Assembly: GCA_043228905.1 (NCBI GenBank)
Contig: JBHGNT010000005.1
Location: 8,432,001-8,496,000 of the forward strand
Origin: Azolla caroliniana
Taxonomy: Eukaryota; Plantae; Polypodiophyta
Direction: 5' to 3'
Length of the DNA: 64,000 bases
Part shown: positions 24,901-34,353 of the stretch, one piece after another
Numbering within the stretch: position 1 is the first letter of the stretch
Layout: the number at the start of each line of letters is the position of its first letter
Translations under genes and position numbers: made by a program
Notes under the pieces: model-generated
What the model saw: the letters and a program-made list of their open reading frames with translations, nothing else
Told to the model about the DNA's origin: nothing
Databases searched by the model: none

Positions 24901-26032
24901 GAAGAAGAGCCTTTACGGACTGAAGCAGGCTCCCCGGCAGTGGTACCGAAAGTTTGACTCCTTCATGACCGATGAAGGGTACCACAAAACGCAGTCCGAC
25001 CACTGCGTGTTTGTGAAGAAGTTCGACGGAGGAGACTCTCTAATACTCCTCCTGTACGTGGACGACATGTTGATCGTCGGACGGGACCAGGTCAAGATAC
25101 GGATGCTGAAGAAGGCTCTTCACCGAACCTTCTCAATGAAGGACCTGGGTCCGGCGAGGCAAATACTAGGGATGCACATCATCCGGGACCGGAAGAAGAA
25201 GCAGTTGTGGCTGTCACAGGAGAAGTACGTGACAAAGGTGCTTCACCGGTTCAACATGTCGGAAGCAAGACCGGTCGGATCAACCCTCCCGGCAAACTGC
25301 AAGTTGTCCAGCAAGCAAAGCCCCAAGACAAAGGCTGAGAAGGAGGACATGATGAAAGTACCATATGCCTCTGCCGTCGGAAGCTTGATGTACGCAATGG
25401 TGTGTACAAGACCGGACATAGGATATGCAGTCGGAGTGGTGAGCCGGTACATGAGCAATCCCGGCAAAGAGCACTGGAACGCGGTCAAATGGATACTCCG
25501 ATACTTAAAGGGCACTTCGAACATGTGTCTCCGATTCGGCTCCGGTAAGCCCGAACTCGATGGATTTACCGATTCGGACATGTCGGCTGATGCGGATACC
25601 AGCCGGTCTACATCAGGGTATGTAATGACATATGCAGGAGGAGCTGTTTCGTGGCAGTCGAGGCTGCAGAAGACGGTTGCGTTGTCAACCACGGAGGCGG
25701 AGTACATGGCGGCTGTTGAAGCCGGCAAGGAAATAATATGGATGAAGGACTTCATTAGAGATCTCGGGATCCGGCAGGAGGAGTACCGACTCTACTGCGA
25801 CAGTCAGAGTGCCATCCACCTTGCGAAGAATGCGGCCTATCATTCCCGGACGAAACACATCCAGCGTAGATACCACTGGATCCGGGAAAGGATAGAAGAC
25901 AAGGAGTTCGTGCTGACGAAGATCCACACGGACGAGAACGGGTCGGATATGCTGACCAAGGTGCTCACACCCGACAAGCTGGAAGCATGCCGGAAGAAGA
26001 TCGGACTGGAGAGACATCCCATGCCGAAGTGA
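21959..26032 (+). CDS. Complete Copia Gag-Pol polyprotein (~1357 aa)
   Basis: First ATG after the PBS. Motifs CFHCGKPGHFRKNC, WVVDSGAS, HHCC + DDE integrase, YVDD RT and SDMLTK RNase H, with no stops. Confidence 0.97.
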   Translation: MEGGGSGQPGMMVLNAQNYADWKIKMEDLLIVRDLYEPIDRSEIPKGVLESEWRLLNRKAVATIRQYVDVSVLQHVANDTNAYEMWRKLSGLYERKNALNRTSLMRKIVNLKYRDGESMVEHVNTFMGFVNQLAAIKFPLEDAMQAIILMCTLPESWENLVVTLSTSCTEDNLSLQTVKTSILNEEARRRDKEPASDSKALLTESERGRQWNRSPQRREKSGTRSQSRGRPTCFHCGKPGHFRKNCRHYRKDNGADDTDSKKSPERNGAYRGATDRRGSDRRGQDRKGTTALAASEEEIMLITEERELNLAGEEMTWVVDSGASFHLTPEKKYFSSYTAGEHGCVRMGNEGTCRIAGIGDVWLMTSTGCKMLLKDVRHVPEVRLNLISAGRLDDEGYTGSIRNGVMKFSKGSLIVARARKVNTLYLMNARLCPEELNVAADTAGELWHKRLCHMSEKGMKRLAEDNLIPVKHVHLEKCTDCLAGKQNRTSFHSRPPTRRSAPLELVHTDVCQVETKSHGGAQYFVTFIDDHSRKLWTAPLKTKDQVLSVFKDLHARVERESGKKLKAIRADNGGEYRGQFQEYCRSKGIRLEFTVPKTPELNGLAERMNRTIMERVRSMLAHAKLPKGFWAEAMSTATYVINRSPSVPLDGDTPQKVWTGKEVSYRHLKVFGCLAYVHVAKDRRGKLDPKTRPCIFLGYGDDEFGYRVWDPVDRKIFRSRDIIFMEDKTLADWESEKKMKSSKSTGEDQLYEEQSRPARDRLTLEDPAEDGEETEPAEEDENDTGTGPDPEMDSDEEESEEPVTEAPERRYPLRERRAPRRFPEPEHVLLTDEGEPESFEEAKHDTHSRRWLSAMQEEMDSLHENHTYELVELPKGKRALRNKWVFKLKPGDAGNPPRYKARIVVKGFQQKKGVDFDEIFAPVVRMTSIRTMLSIAASMDLEVEQMDVKTAFLHGDLEEEIYMQQPEGFEKKGKEHLVCRLKKSLYGLKQAPRQWYRKFDSFMTDEGYHKTQSDHCVFVKKFDGGDSLILLLYVDDMLIVGRDQVKIRMLKKALHRTFSMKDLGPARQILGMHIIRDRKKKQLWLSQEKYVTKVLHRFNMSEARPVGSTLPANCKLSSKQSPKTKAEKEDMMKVPYASAVGSLMYAMVCTRPDIGYAVGVVSRYMSNPGKEHWNAVKWILRYLKGTSNMCLRFGSGKPELDGFTDSDMSADADTSRSTSGYVMTYAGGAVSWQSRLQKTVALSTTEAEYMAAVEAGKEIIWMKDFIRDLGIRQEEYRLYCDSQSAIHLAKNAAYHSRTKHIQRRYHWIRERIEDKEFVLTKIHTDENGSDMLTKVLTPDKLEACRKKIGLERHPMPK

Positions 26033-26042
26033 AGGGGGAGTT

Positions 26043-26800
26043 TGTTGGGATTTTCGGTCCCTCCGGATGGGATGTCCGGATATGAATGACGGCAAGCCCG
26101 GTTACGGTTACGGAACCGGATGAAGATACAGGCCCGGTGAGCGCACTCTCCGGATATGAAGAGTACCCGGCTACGGAGCCGGATGACGGAGCCCCGGCTA
26201 CGGAGCCGGATGATGAAGACCCCGGCTACGGAGCCGGATGACGAAGACCCGGCTACGGAGCCGGATGATGAAGACCCCGGCTACGGAGCCGGATGACGAA
26301 GACCCGGCTACGGAGCCGGATGATGAATGTACCCAGAGAGAGATCCGGATGCGGGGACATATTTATAAATATGTTTGCCAAGGGCCCTTGAGGCTATATG
26401 TGTAAATAGTCCGAAAGTCATATGTGTATAAATATGACTTAGGGCAAACAGTTTAAGTTGTTGCTCATATTTTTTTCTGTTTTCACTTAGAGAGAGTGAA
26501 GAGAGCAGCCGAGAGAGAGAGAGAGAGAGAGAGAGACGAGGAGGTCGTTGCCTCTGTGTATTACCGCCGCTTGTGGCGAAGATAGTGAGCTCAAGGTTGT
26601 TGCCTTGAAGCTTCACCATTGTACATCTCTGTTCATAGTGATAGTTGGAGTTTGAGAACTCCCGTGGTTTTTCCCATTTAGGGTTTTCCACGTAAAATAT
26701 CCTGTGTACTCTTCTCTCTACTGTCTTCGGGTACTTTGTATTTCCTATTCTCTGTGAGTTAATCCTACTTATCGGTTGTGGCCGAGCACCGTGTGCAACA
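26043..26800 (+). repeat. 3' LTR of D
   Basis: Follows PPT GAAGGGGGAG. The antisense 127-aa ORF translation is identical in both LTRs. Confidence 0.97.
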
Positions 26801-27146
26801 GGTCCGGCTCGAAGCCGGGAATGTATTCTTCTGTTTATATATATACATTAGCATCTGTCTGTGTATATTCGCGTCTCTGTTGGTGTCGGGTGCTTCCCCT
26901 TTCCTGCGTTTCCTGTACATGAGGGCGTGAGTTGGGTCGGCATGTGTGTGTGTGTGTGTGTGTGCGTGAGTCGGTGTTAAGCGCACGCTCCCTCCCTCCC
27001 TCTCTCTCTCCCTTCGGTCGCTTCCGGAGTTCTTCTGGGATACTCGGAAACGGTGAAGCACGACTTCCTACGCTCCGTCACTCCCTAGTTCAAGACCCCC
27101 GTGGTCCCGCCTTTCTCCACGCATGTGCGTAATAACGCGACATATT

Positions 27147-27164
27147 TGGTGAACCTGACGTGAA
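27147..27164 (+). promoter_or_regulatory. PBS of C (tRNA-Trp-like)
   Basis: TGGTGAACCTGACGTGAA versus the complement of the plant tRNA-Trp 3' end recalled as TGGTGAACCCGACGTGAA (one transition). Confidence 0.8.
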
Positions 27165-27179
27165 AGGCGGCAAGGGAGG

Positions 27180-28385
27180 ATGGAGTCGGAAGACGACGAC
27201 CTTGCGGAGATGGTGGCCGAAGTGGTGTTGGAGTCGGCACGAGTGGTGATGAGGCGAGAAGCAGCGCAACAAGCGGTTGAGCGAGTGGTCGAAAGAGTTG
27301 GCCGTTTCAACGGGGACAAAGTCCCATCTTACTTGGAAGCCTACAACGCGGAAATTGAGGAGCGTGGCGTAGACGAGGCGTTGAGGCTGGAGATCTTCTG
27401 TCGGGTCGTGGTTGTCCGAATGCATGCGGAAATAAAGGAGCTCCGTGAGGCTCATAGTTCGTGGGAGGCCTTCGAAGAGGCGCTCCTGAAGGTATACGGA
27501 GGACGGCGGAAGAGCCGGGGACGACACGACTTCGACCAGTGGGTAGCATCGGCAAAGATCCACCGGGGCACGGTCAAGGTGTTTCGAGAGTTCGAGCGGC
27601 GGCTTGCTCGGCTCCCGGAGCGAGAACAAGGTTTGGTGGGGGCGGACAAGGTCCTATTGTTCGTCAGGTCGATCGACCGAGCGGAACGGGAGGCCATCGG
27701 GATTGAGCTCGAAGACGATGATGGAGCGAATGGGCTTACGGAGGACTGGTTGAAGGTCGGAAGGGTGTGCCAACGGCTAGACAACGAGCAAGCCGAGAAG
27801 GCTAAGAGGAAGGTACGCGACGGCGTGCCATCACAGCGGGAAGAGGCCGAACGGCAAAGAGAATCGGCAAGGGTCGGCGTTGGGGCCAGGATTGCGGAGG
27901 CGTACACAGCTCTCGAGGCGATGCTTGAGGAAGAGGAAAGACGAAGGCCGCAAGCCGAGACTAAGGAGACGGGCTTGCCCCACGCAACGACGGAAGATCG
28001 GTACGACGGTACCACGGGAGAGGGTGCAGAACAAAACGCCCTCTCGACTTGCGGAGATAGAACGGCCAAGGACGAGGCCGAGATACAGATCGCGGAACTG
28101 GAACGTTGGGACCAGCGGTTTCGGGCGTGTCAGCCCGAGATCCCGGCCATTGGGGAAGCAAGCCCAGATGGAGCTTGCACGATTGGTAAGAAGACAACCG
28201 CCGACCATGAAGAGTCGGTAGCTACGGACAAGGGCGTAAAACGGACAGGCGATTCTTTGTGTCTTCCCACACTTGTTCCCAAGACGATGGCAGTCGGGCC
28301 CGAGTGCCCACGTGAGTCCCAAGCGGAGGAAGGTGACGGAAGGCCAAGAATCATTGGCGAGACGATACGGGGAAGGAGCGGATGA
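27180..28385 (+). CDS. Gag-like protein of C (401 aa, with a low-complexity C-terminal half)
   Basis: ATG 15 nt after the PBS. Capsid-like pattern RFNGDKVPSYLEAY...SWEAFEEALLKVYG...FREFERR. Confidence 0.7.
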   Translation: MESEDDDLAEMVAEVVLESARVVMRREAAQQAVERVVERVGRFNGDKVPSYLEAYNAEIEERGVDEALRLEIFCRVVVVRMHAEIKELREAHSSWEAFEEALLKVYGGRRKSRGRHDFDQWVASAKIHRGTVKVFREFERRLARLPEREQGLVGADKVLLFVRSIDRAEREAIGIELEDDDGANGLTEDWLKVGRVCQRLDNEQAEKAKRKVRDGVPSQREEAERQRESARVGVGARIAEAYTALEAMLEEEERRRPQAETKETGLPHATTEDRYDGTTGEGAEQNALSTCGDRTAKDEAEIQIAELERWDQRFRACQPEIPAIGEASPDGACTIGKKTTADHEESVATDKGVKRTGDSLCLPTLVPKTMAVGPECPRESQAEEGDGRPRIIGETIRGRSG

Positions 28386-30502
28386 AAGCCCACGGACCCG
28401 ATTCCGGAGAACTCGGCATTCGGGCCCGTATGCCCATGTAAGATCGAGGAGATGGATGGCGGTACCGAGGAGTCCTGGCACGATGCCAGCGAAGACGGAT
28501 GGGAAACGGCCTGCGAGGAGGCCGAGGACGGAAGCGGCACAAGAAGATCGGCATTCCGATTCGTATGGAGCAGAATCCGGTCGTGGATCGTTCGATCGGG
28601 TCCGGATTCGGCATGAAGGTGCTGATACGGGAGAGGGTGCGGGACGAGCCACCCTCTTTTACATGGGGAGAAAGACCGACCGGGCGAAGGTCGAGAGTTG
28701 GAAGGAGAATGGAAGCCGGTCCTATGGAGTTCCTTACACCGATCCGATTGCCGGCCCGAGTGCCGGCGTGAGTCCTATAAGAGAGATCGGTGGCGATAGG
28801 AGAACGGGACTCGGCAATCCGGAGAATGCCGAACGGACTCGAGCGAGAACCGGGCGGAGCGGGCTCCCGGATGACCATTCCGGGAGGGAGGAAGAGAGCA
28901 AGCCTACGAAGAGGCCGAGGACACGGTACGTCGGTACCACGGGAGAGGGTGCGGAGTAAACCGCCCTCTCGGCATGCGGAAAAGGACGACCTCGGACAGG
29001 GTCGGGAAGACAAATCGGCGGTCTACGGAGGATCCTTCACACCGGTTCTAGAGACTTCGGCAGTCGGCAACATGGTCGACCTAAGACCAAGATACTGATA
29101 GTGACGGCGAGGTGACGAAGGCAAAGGGCGTAAGGAAGTCCGGTCCTACGGGATCCCCACACTTAACCAGAGACTCCGGCAGTTCGGCCAACGTGGCAAC
29201 ATGAGACCGAGAGAGAAGGTTGGTGGCGGTGGGAAACGGGACCTGGCTACGCGGAAGACACGAGGAGAGTCCGGGAGGAACTCAAACAAAAGACACCCGA
29301 ATTTCGGCCAGCATAGAAACGGAGTCTGGTCCTATGGGACCCTCACACCGATCCGGAGACCCCGGCAGTTCGGCCAACATGGCAACATGAGACCTAGGGA
29401 GAAGGACGGTAGCGGCAGGGAACGGGACCCGACGACACGAGGTTTCGGAAGGAGCCGGTAGCGGCAAACACGGGGAGGTGTGTCAGGCCGGAAAGGCACA
29501 CCTTGGACAGAACGAGAGTCTCGCAAGTGGCCATCGCGGGCCGGATCGAAGCGTGACTACGGGACGGTGTTCGGCACAGGCGGTGCTGAACAAAGGAAGC
29601 GGAAGACGGCACAAGAGAGGTGTCGGGAACGAGGTGACAAGTGCCTAGTGGACTACACAGGGTCGGAGTCAAGGGATGGCAAGAGAGGCCGGAGGAGGAT
29701 CCTCCACACTCGCTTTGTAGATCTCGGTAGCTCCGTCGAAGTAGCGAAGACTGACACGGCAAGCCCGGGGTGACAAGCTGGTGGGGGCGAGGGGACGACG
29801 GCAAGCGGAAGACTCAAGACCTATTGCAGCAGCACGAAGACGGGAAGGGCCAAGCGGGCTACTACGGGGTGTTCCTCGGATGCAAAGGACACCGGTATGC
29901 GGGTGAGCGGCGATGCATGATTTGGTCGAAAAGGAGTGCGACATAGGCAGTGCCAAACAACGGACGAGGGTATGTGGCACACGGAGGTGCCTGAGCGGAA
30001 AGGCGAGCGCGGAGATAGGTAGCGCGAAGAAGGCCGGAAAGGGATCCTCCACACTATTCCGGAGACCATGGCGGTTTGAGCCGACGCGGCGATGTAAGAC
30101 CATGGAGAAGGAAGGTGGCGGCGAAAGGACGAAGGCAACGCGAAACAACATGGGACGATCATCGGGACATCACGATTGGACAACGGAGGCCAAGCGGGCC
30201 ACTACGGGCATGCCTCAAGTGGAGGACATCAGGCATACGGCGGGAAGCGGGGCGTTCATATGGCCGAACAAGGGCCAACGGAAGTACGCGTACTACGAAG
30301 ATCGTGGCAGAGGACCCATCGACGGGTCGAACGAGCCTACGGGGAGGTAAGCGCGAAGGAAGAATCGAAGCCGACGGATCAAACCGGCAACGAGCCGAGA
30401 AGCGGATCACGGAAGACTGGTTTCTCGCTGGCCGAAATCTCTCACCCTTCAACCAGATTTGGCACGTGCAGTTAGGTGGACGTGCAGTTAGGTGGGGGCG
30501 GA

Positions 30503-31286
30503 TGTCGTGAAGAATTTCGGCTAGAGGCGGAAACCGGTAAACATTGGCTACATCGGCGGGGTGCAACATGTGTACGCACCCATGTACATTTAGGGTGAAT
30601 AACGAGGGCGCCTTTATGGCGCCGAAGAGTAGTCAAGTCGGGACAGACGATCCCATGTAAGTCGGGATTTATCCCACATTGTAACGCATCCCTCTCCTTG
30701 TTCTATAAAAGGAAGGGAACGCCCTTCGTGAAAAGGGTTGCCCATTTTGCATTAGAGGGTATACCGTTAGGTTTAGAGTTAGTTTCTGCTTCTTGTTCTT
30801 CTTCTTCTCCCCCTTCGTGTTCGCTTAGGGTTTGCTTCAGCTCATCTCCTACGCAAGACCCCGCTCGGCGCGACGAGCCCGTGAGCTCCCCGACCGACGG
30901 CTTGGCAGCTAACGACTACTATAACCTACCTCGGTCCAGCTCGAAGCCGGGAATGTATTCTTCTGTTTATATATATACATGAGCGTCTGTCTGTGTATAT
31001 TCGTGTCTCTGTTGGTGTCGGGTGCTTCCCCTTTCCTACGTTTCCTGTACATGAGGGCGTGAGTCGGGTCGGCATGTGTGTGTGTGCGCGTGTGTGTGCG
31101 TGATTCGGTGTTAAGCGCGCGCTCCCTCCCTCCCTCGCTCGCTCTCTCTCTCTCCCTTCGGTCGCTTCCGGTGTTCTTCTGGGATACCCGGAAACGGTGA
31201 AGCACGACTTCCTACGCTCCGTCACTCCCTAGTCCAAGACCCCCGTGGTCCCGCCTTTCTCCACGCACGCGCGTAATAACGCGACA
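30503..31286 (+). repeat. 3' LTR of C
   Basis: TGTCGTGAAG...GCGACA. Matches 20735-21169 joined to 26806-27142. Confidence 0.95.
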
Positions 31287-31407
31287 ACGCGTAGTTGGTT
31301 CTATCGAGCTTCTCTGTTGGAAGCGAGCTCACCATGCCTCTATCCATCGTTCTTCTTGTTCTTCTTCGTCAAGTTGTGTCGGCTGCAGAGAGGTTCTCAA
31401 CCCTCGT

Positions 31408-31419
31408 GCTCTGATACCA
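31408..31419 (-). promoter_or_regulatory. PBS of E (initiator tRNA-Met)
   Basis: GCTCTGATACCA on the plus strand, abutting the LTR. Confidence 0.93.
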
Positions 31420-31861
31420 TGTAAAAAGTAGCATGCGGAAGCAAGTGTGAAGACCGAACAGAAGGAAGAAAACTCAAGTTTAATGGAGAGCTTGAGCTTA
31501 CGCAGTATACACGGGAGAGACACAGGGAGTGAGAGAGAGAAAACACAAGAACTATATTCAACCTCTATTCACGACTCTATACATATGTGTGTTCAATGAA
31601 CACTTTTATACAAGTCCTAGAAGGACTGACAGAAGTACTGACAGTACTTCAATGCTCATTGAGAGCTCCTACACTAACTCCCAAATATATTCCTCACGGA
31701 ATATCTTTCCTAACGGCCTCCTGGTTTACGCACCGATCCAACCCTACCTACGCACCGGTCTGCGTACCGGTTTACGCATTTGGCCTAACCGATCGGTCCC
31801 AACCGATCCGGCCCTCGGCTTCTTCAGCCGATCCGGCCGATGTTGAGCTTGTCTCTCAACA
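31420..31861 (-). repeat. 5' LTR of element E
   Basis: Adjacent to the PBS, with TG...CA termini. Confidence 0.94.
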
Positions 31862-31866
31862 GATTG

Positions 31867-32659
31867 CAATTTGCACCACACAACTCGGGCAGCCAAGGAC
31901 ATGGCCTGACGTGTCAAAACGACACAACAGCAAGCCAAACGGGCCATCGAGCTATGGCAAGCCGCCAAGCAGAAACTGGCGTCATTAGAGCAGCAACATC
32001 AAGAACAACCACTCTTAAGCCTCACTTCCCCGAGTAACGATGTCCCACTAGCCCCTCTTCCACACCTGAGCCTGAGTACTACTGTTACCGAAGCACACAA
32101 TGACGACACAACTCGCCCTAGGGTAGCCACAGTCAATGCAAGCACAATGACAGATTTGGTACAGATAAGTGAGCCATCATCACAGGCAAAGAGAAGCCCG
32201 CAACCCCAAACCAGCCACGCTTCCACGCAAACGTCACCACCACTTGTCGTCATGGAAAGATCTACACAGACGGACAGGGAACCCACTCCCCGAAACTAGC
32301 AAGCTGCAACACAGACCGGACCTCCCCTCCGTGACTACCAAAAGGAGCTTAAGGCCCAGATCGTTCTGGCTGAGTTAGCAGAACAAAACCATAACCACAT
32401 GATTGGCCAACTACGGGAACAAGTCGCGGGCCGTGAAGCTGACCTCAAGCGACTACTTGCTGAAAGCTCGTCTGCACTCAAAGAACAAGAAAGAGAGGTG
32501 ATGACCCTTCAGGTCTCTATCACCGAGGCCAAAGAACGATTCCTCAAAGAAGCAGAGTGGAATAGCCAACGGGAACGCAAGCTTCAAACCCTTCCCCTCT
32601 GCAACATCGTGGTCTACTACAAGAGTTCTCCTCTCCACAAACTACAACCTCCTTTTTAA
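31867..32659 (+). pseudogene. Extra 3' ORF of B, part 2 (coiled coil and S/T-rich fragments)
   Basis: Continues the sequence broken at 15530. Heptad-like LREQVAGREADLKRLL...LKEQEREVMTLQ. Confidence 0.6.
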
Positions 32660-32690
32660 AAAGCTATGAAAACCACTCTTTGGTGACTTT

Positions 32691-34353
32691 TGTCGCTCTT
32701 GTCCAATATTTTGTTTTCTCCTTTCCATTAGTGTATTAAGAGTTTTAATTGTATCCCCGTAATCTTCTATTTGAGTTAAGAGTGATTAGGGTTAAGAACT
32801 AAGTAAACAAAAACCTAATCTCTAGATAGTCTTATACGGTGTTAAACCTCTTTGATAATAAGAAGTGGTGTATATTATCTGTTGCATTCTTTGTCTATGC
32901 ATCTATTTCTATTACGAGAGTGAGTTAGTGTAAGTGCTAATAACTAAGTTTAGTTAAGCTAGTAGCTCAAGAGTGATTGACAACCACTCTTGCCCAGTTC
33001 ACTACCAATAGGGTATACAATAGACAAGACCCAAGGGTATCGACATGAGGCATTTCATAGACGTGTTTCATAGTGAGTGCATGGAAGCCACACATGGATG
33101 TAAGGTTATGCATGTAACCCTTGGGGATGCAGGTATTGCTTTAGTCGTGATCAATGCAAGTAATGGAAAAAGAAGGATGCTTAAGTGTATTTAACTAACA
33201 CATTTACAGAGCTGGTCAGACTTGAGTATTCGTAAAATCTTGTCGCTCTTGTCCAATATTTTGTTCTCCTTTCCATTAGTGTATTAAGAGTTTTCATTGT
33301 ATCCCCGTAATCTTCTATTTGAGTTAAGAGTGATTAGGGTTAAGAGCTAAGTAAGCAAAAACCTAATCTCTAGATAGTCTTGTACGGTGTTAAACCTCTT
33401 TGATAATAAGAAGTGGTGTATATTATCTGTTGCATTCTTTGTCTATGCATCTATTTCTATTACGAGAGTGAGTTAGTGTAAGTGCTAATAACTAAGTTTA
33501 GTTAAGCTAGTAGCTCAAGAGTGATTGACAACCACTCTTGCCCAGTTCACTACCAATAGGGTATACAATAGACAATACCCAAGGGTATCGACATGAGGCA
33601 TTTCATATACGTGTTTCATAGTAAGTGCATGGAAGCCACACATGGATGTAAGGTTATGCATGTAACCCTTGGGGATGCAGGTATTGCTTTAGTCGTGATC
33701 AATGCAAGTAATGGAAAAAGAAGGATGCTTAAGTGTATTTAACTAACACATTTACAGAGCTGGTCAGACTTGAGTATTCGTAAAATCCATTTGCTTGTAG
33801 CTCTTGTCCAATATTTTGTTTTCTCCTTTCCATTAGTGTATTAAGAGTTTTCATTGTATCCCCGTAATCTTCTATTTGAGTTAAGAGTGATTAGGGTTAA
33901 GAGCTAAGTAAACAAAAACCTAATCTCTAGATAGTCTTATACGGTGTTAAACCTCTTTGATAATAAGAAGTGGTGTATATTATCTGTTGCATTCTTTGTC
34001 TATGCATCTATTTCTATTACGAGAGTGAGTGAGTGTAAGTGCTAATAACTAAGTTTAGTTAAGCTAGTAACTCAAGAGTGATTGACAACCACTCTTGCCC
34101 AGTTCACTACCAATAGGGTATACAATAGACAATACCCAAGGGTATCGACATGAGGCATTTCATAGACGTGTTTCATAGTGAGTGCATGGAAGCCACACAT
34201 GGATGTAAGGTTATGCATGTAACCCTTGGGGATGCAGGTATTGCTTTAGTCGTGATCAATGCAAGTAATGGAAAAAGAAGGATGCTTAAGTGTATTTAAC
34301 TAACACATTTACAGAGCTCGTCAGACTTGAGTATTCATAAAATCCATTTGCTC
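32691..34353. repeat. Three near-identical tandem copies of a ~550-bp unit
   Basis: GCTCTTGTCCAATATTTTG recurs at ~32695, ~33245 and ~33800, and the units align end to end. Confidence 0.95.

Larger units (their letters stand above)
21170..26800 (+). mobile_element. Intact Ty1/Copia element D (Tork/Tnt1-like) inserted in the 5' LTR of C
   Basis: Two 758-bp LTRs with no differences seen, TSD GGTCC (21165-21169/26801-26805), PBS at 21931-21942, PPT at 26031-26040, one uninterrupted ORF. Confidence 0.98.
20735..31286 (+). mobile_element. Non-autonomous gag-only LTR element C (Gypsy-like)
   Basis: LTRs at 20735-27142 (interrupted by D) and 30503-31286, perfect 4-bp TSD ACGC (20731-20734/31287-31290), tRNA-Trp-like PBS, PPT GGTGGGGGCGGA at 30491-30502. 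No pol motifs. Confidence 0.92.
15531..31861 (-). mobile_element. Ty1/Copia element E, decayed, gag interrupted by C
   Basis: 442-bp LTRs at 15531-15972 and 31420-31861, TSD TATTG/GATTG (4 of 5 match), PBS at 31408-31419, PPT at 15973-15980. Confidence 0.94.
7498..32690 (+). mobile_element. Ty3/Gypsy non-chromovirus element B, decayed, 3' LTR missing, interrupted by E at 15531-31861
   Basis: LTR-like segment and PBS, then gag-PR-RT-RH-INT order and an extra 3' ORF that continues after E. Both boundaries are approximate. Confidence 0.85.

Noticed and set aside
27307-30569. Many overlapping ORFs on both strands within C
   Set aside because: Expected in GC-rich, stop-poor sequence, and none has a recognisable domain apart from the Gag-like ORF.
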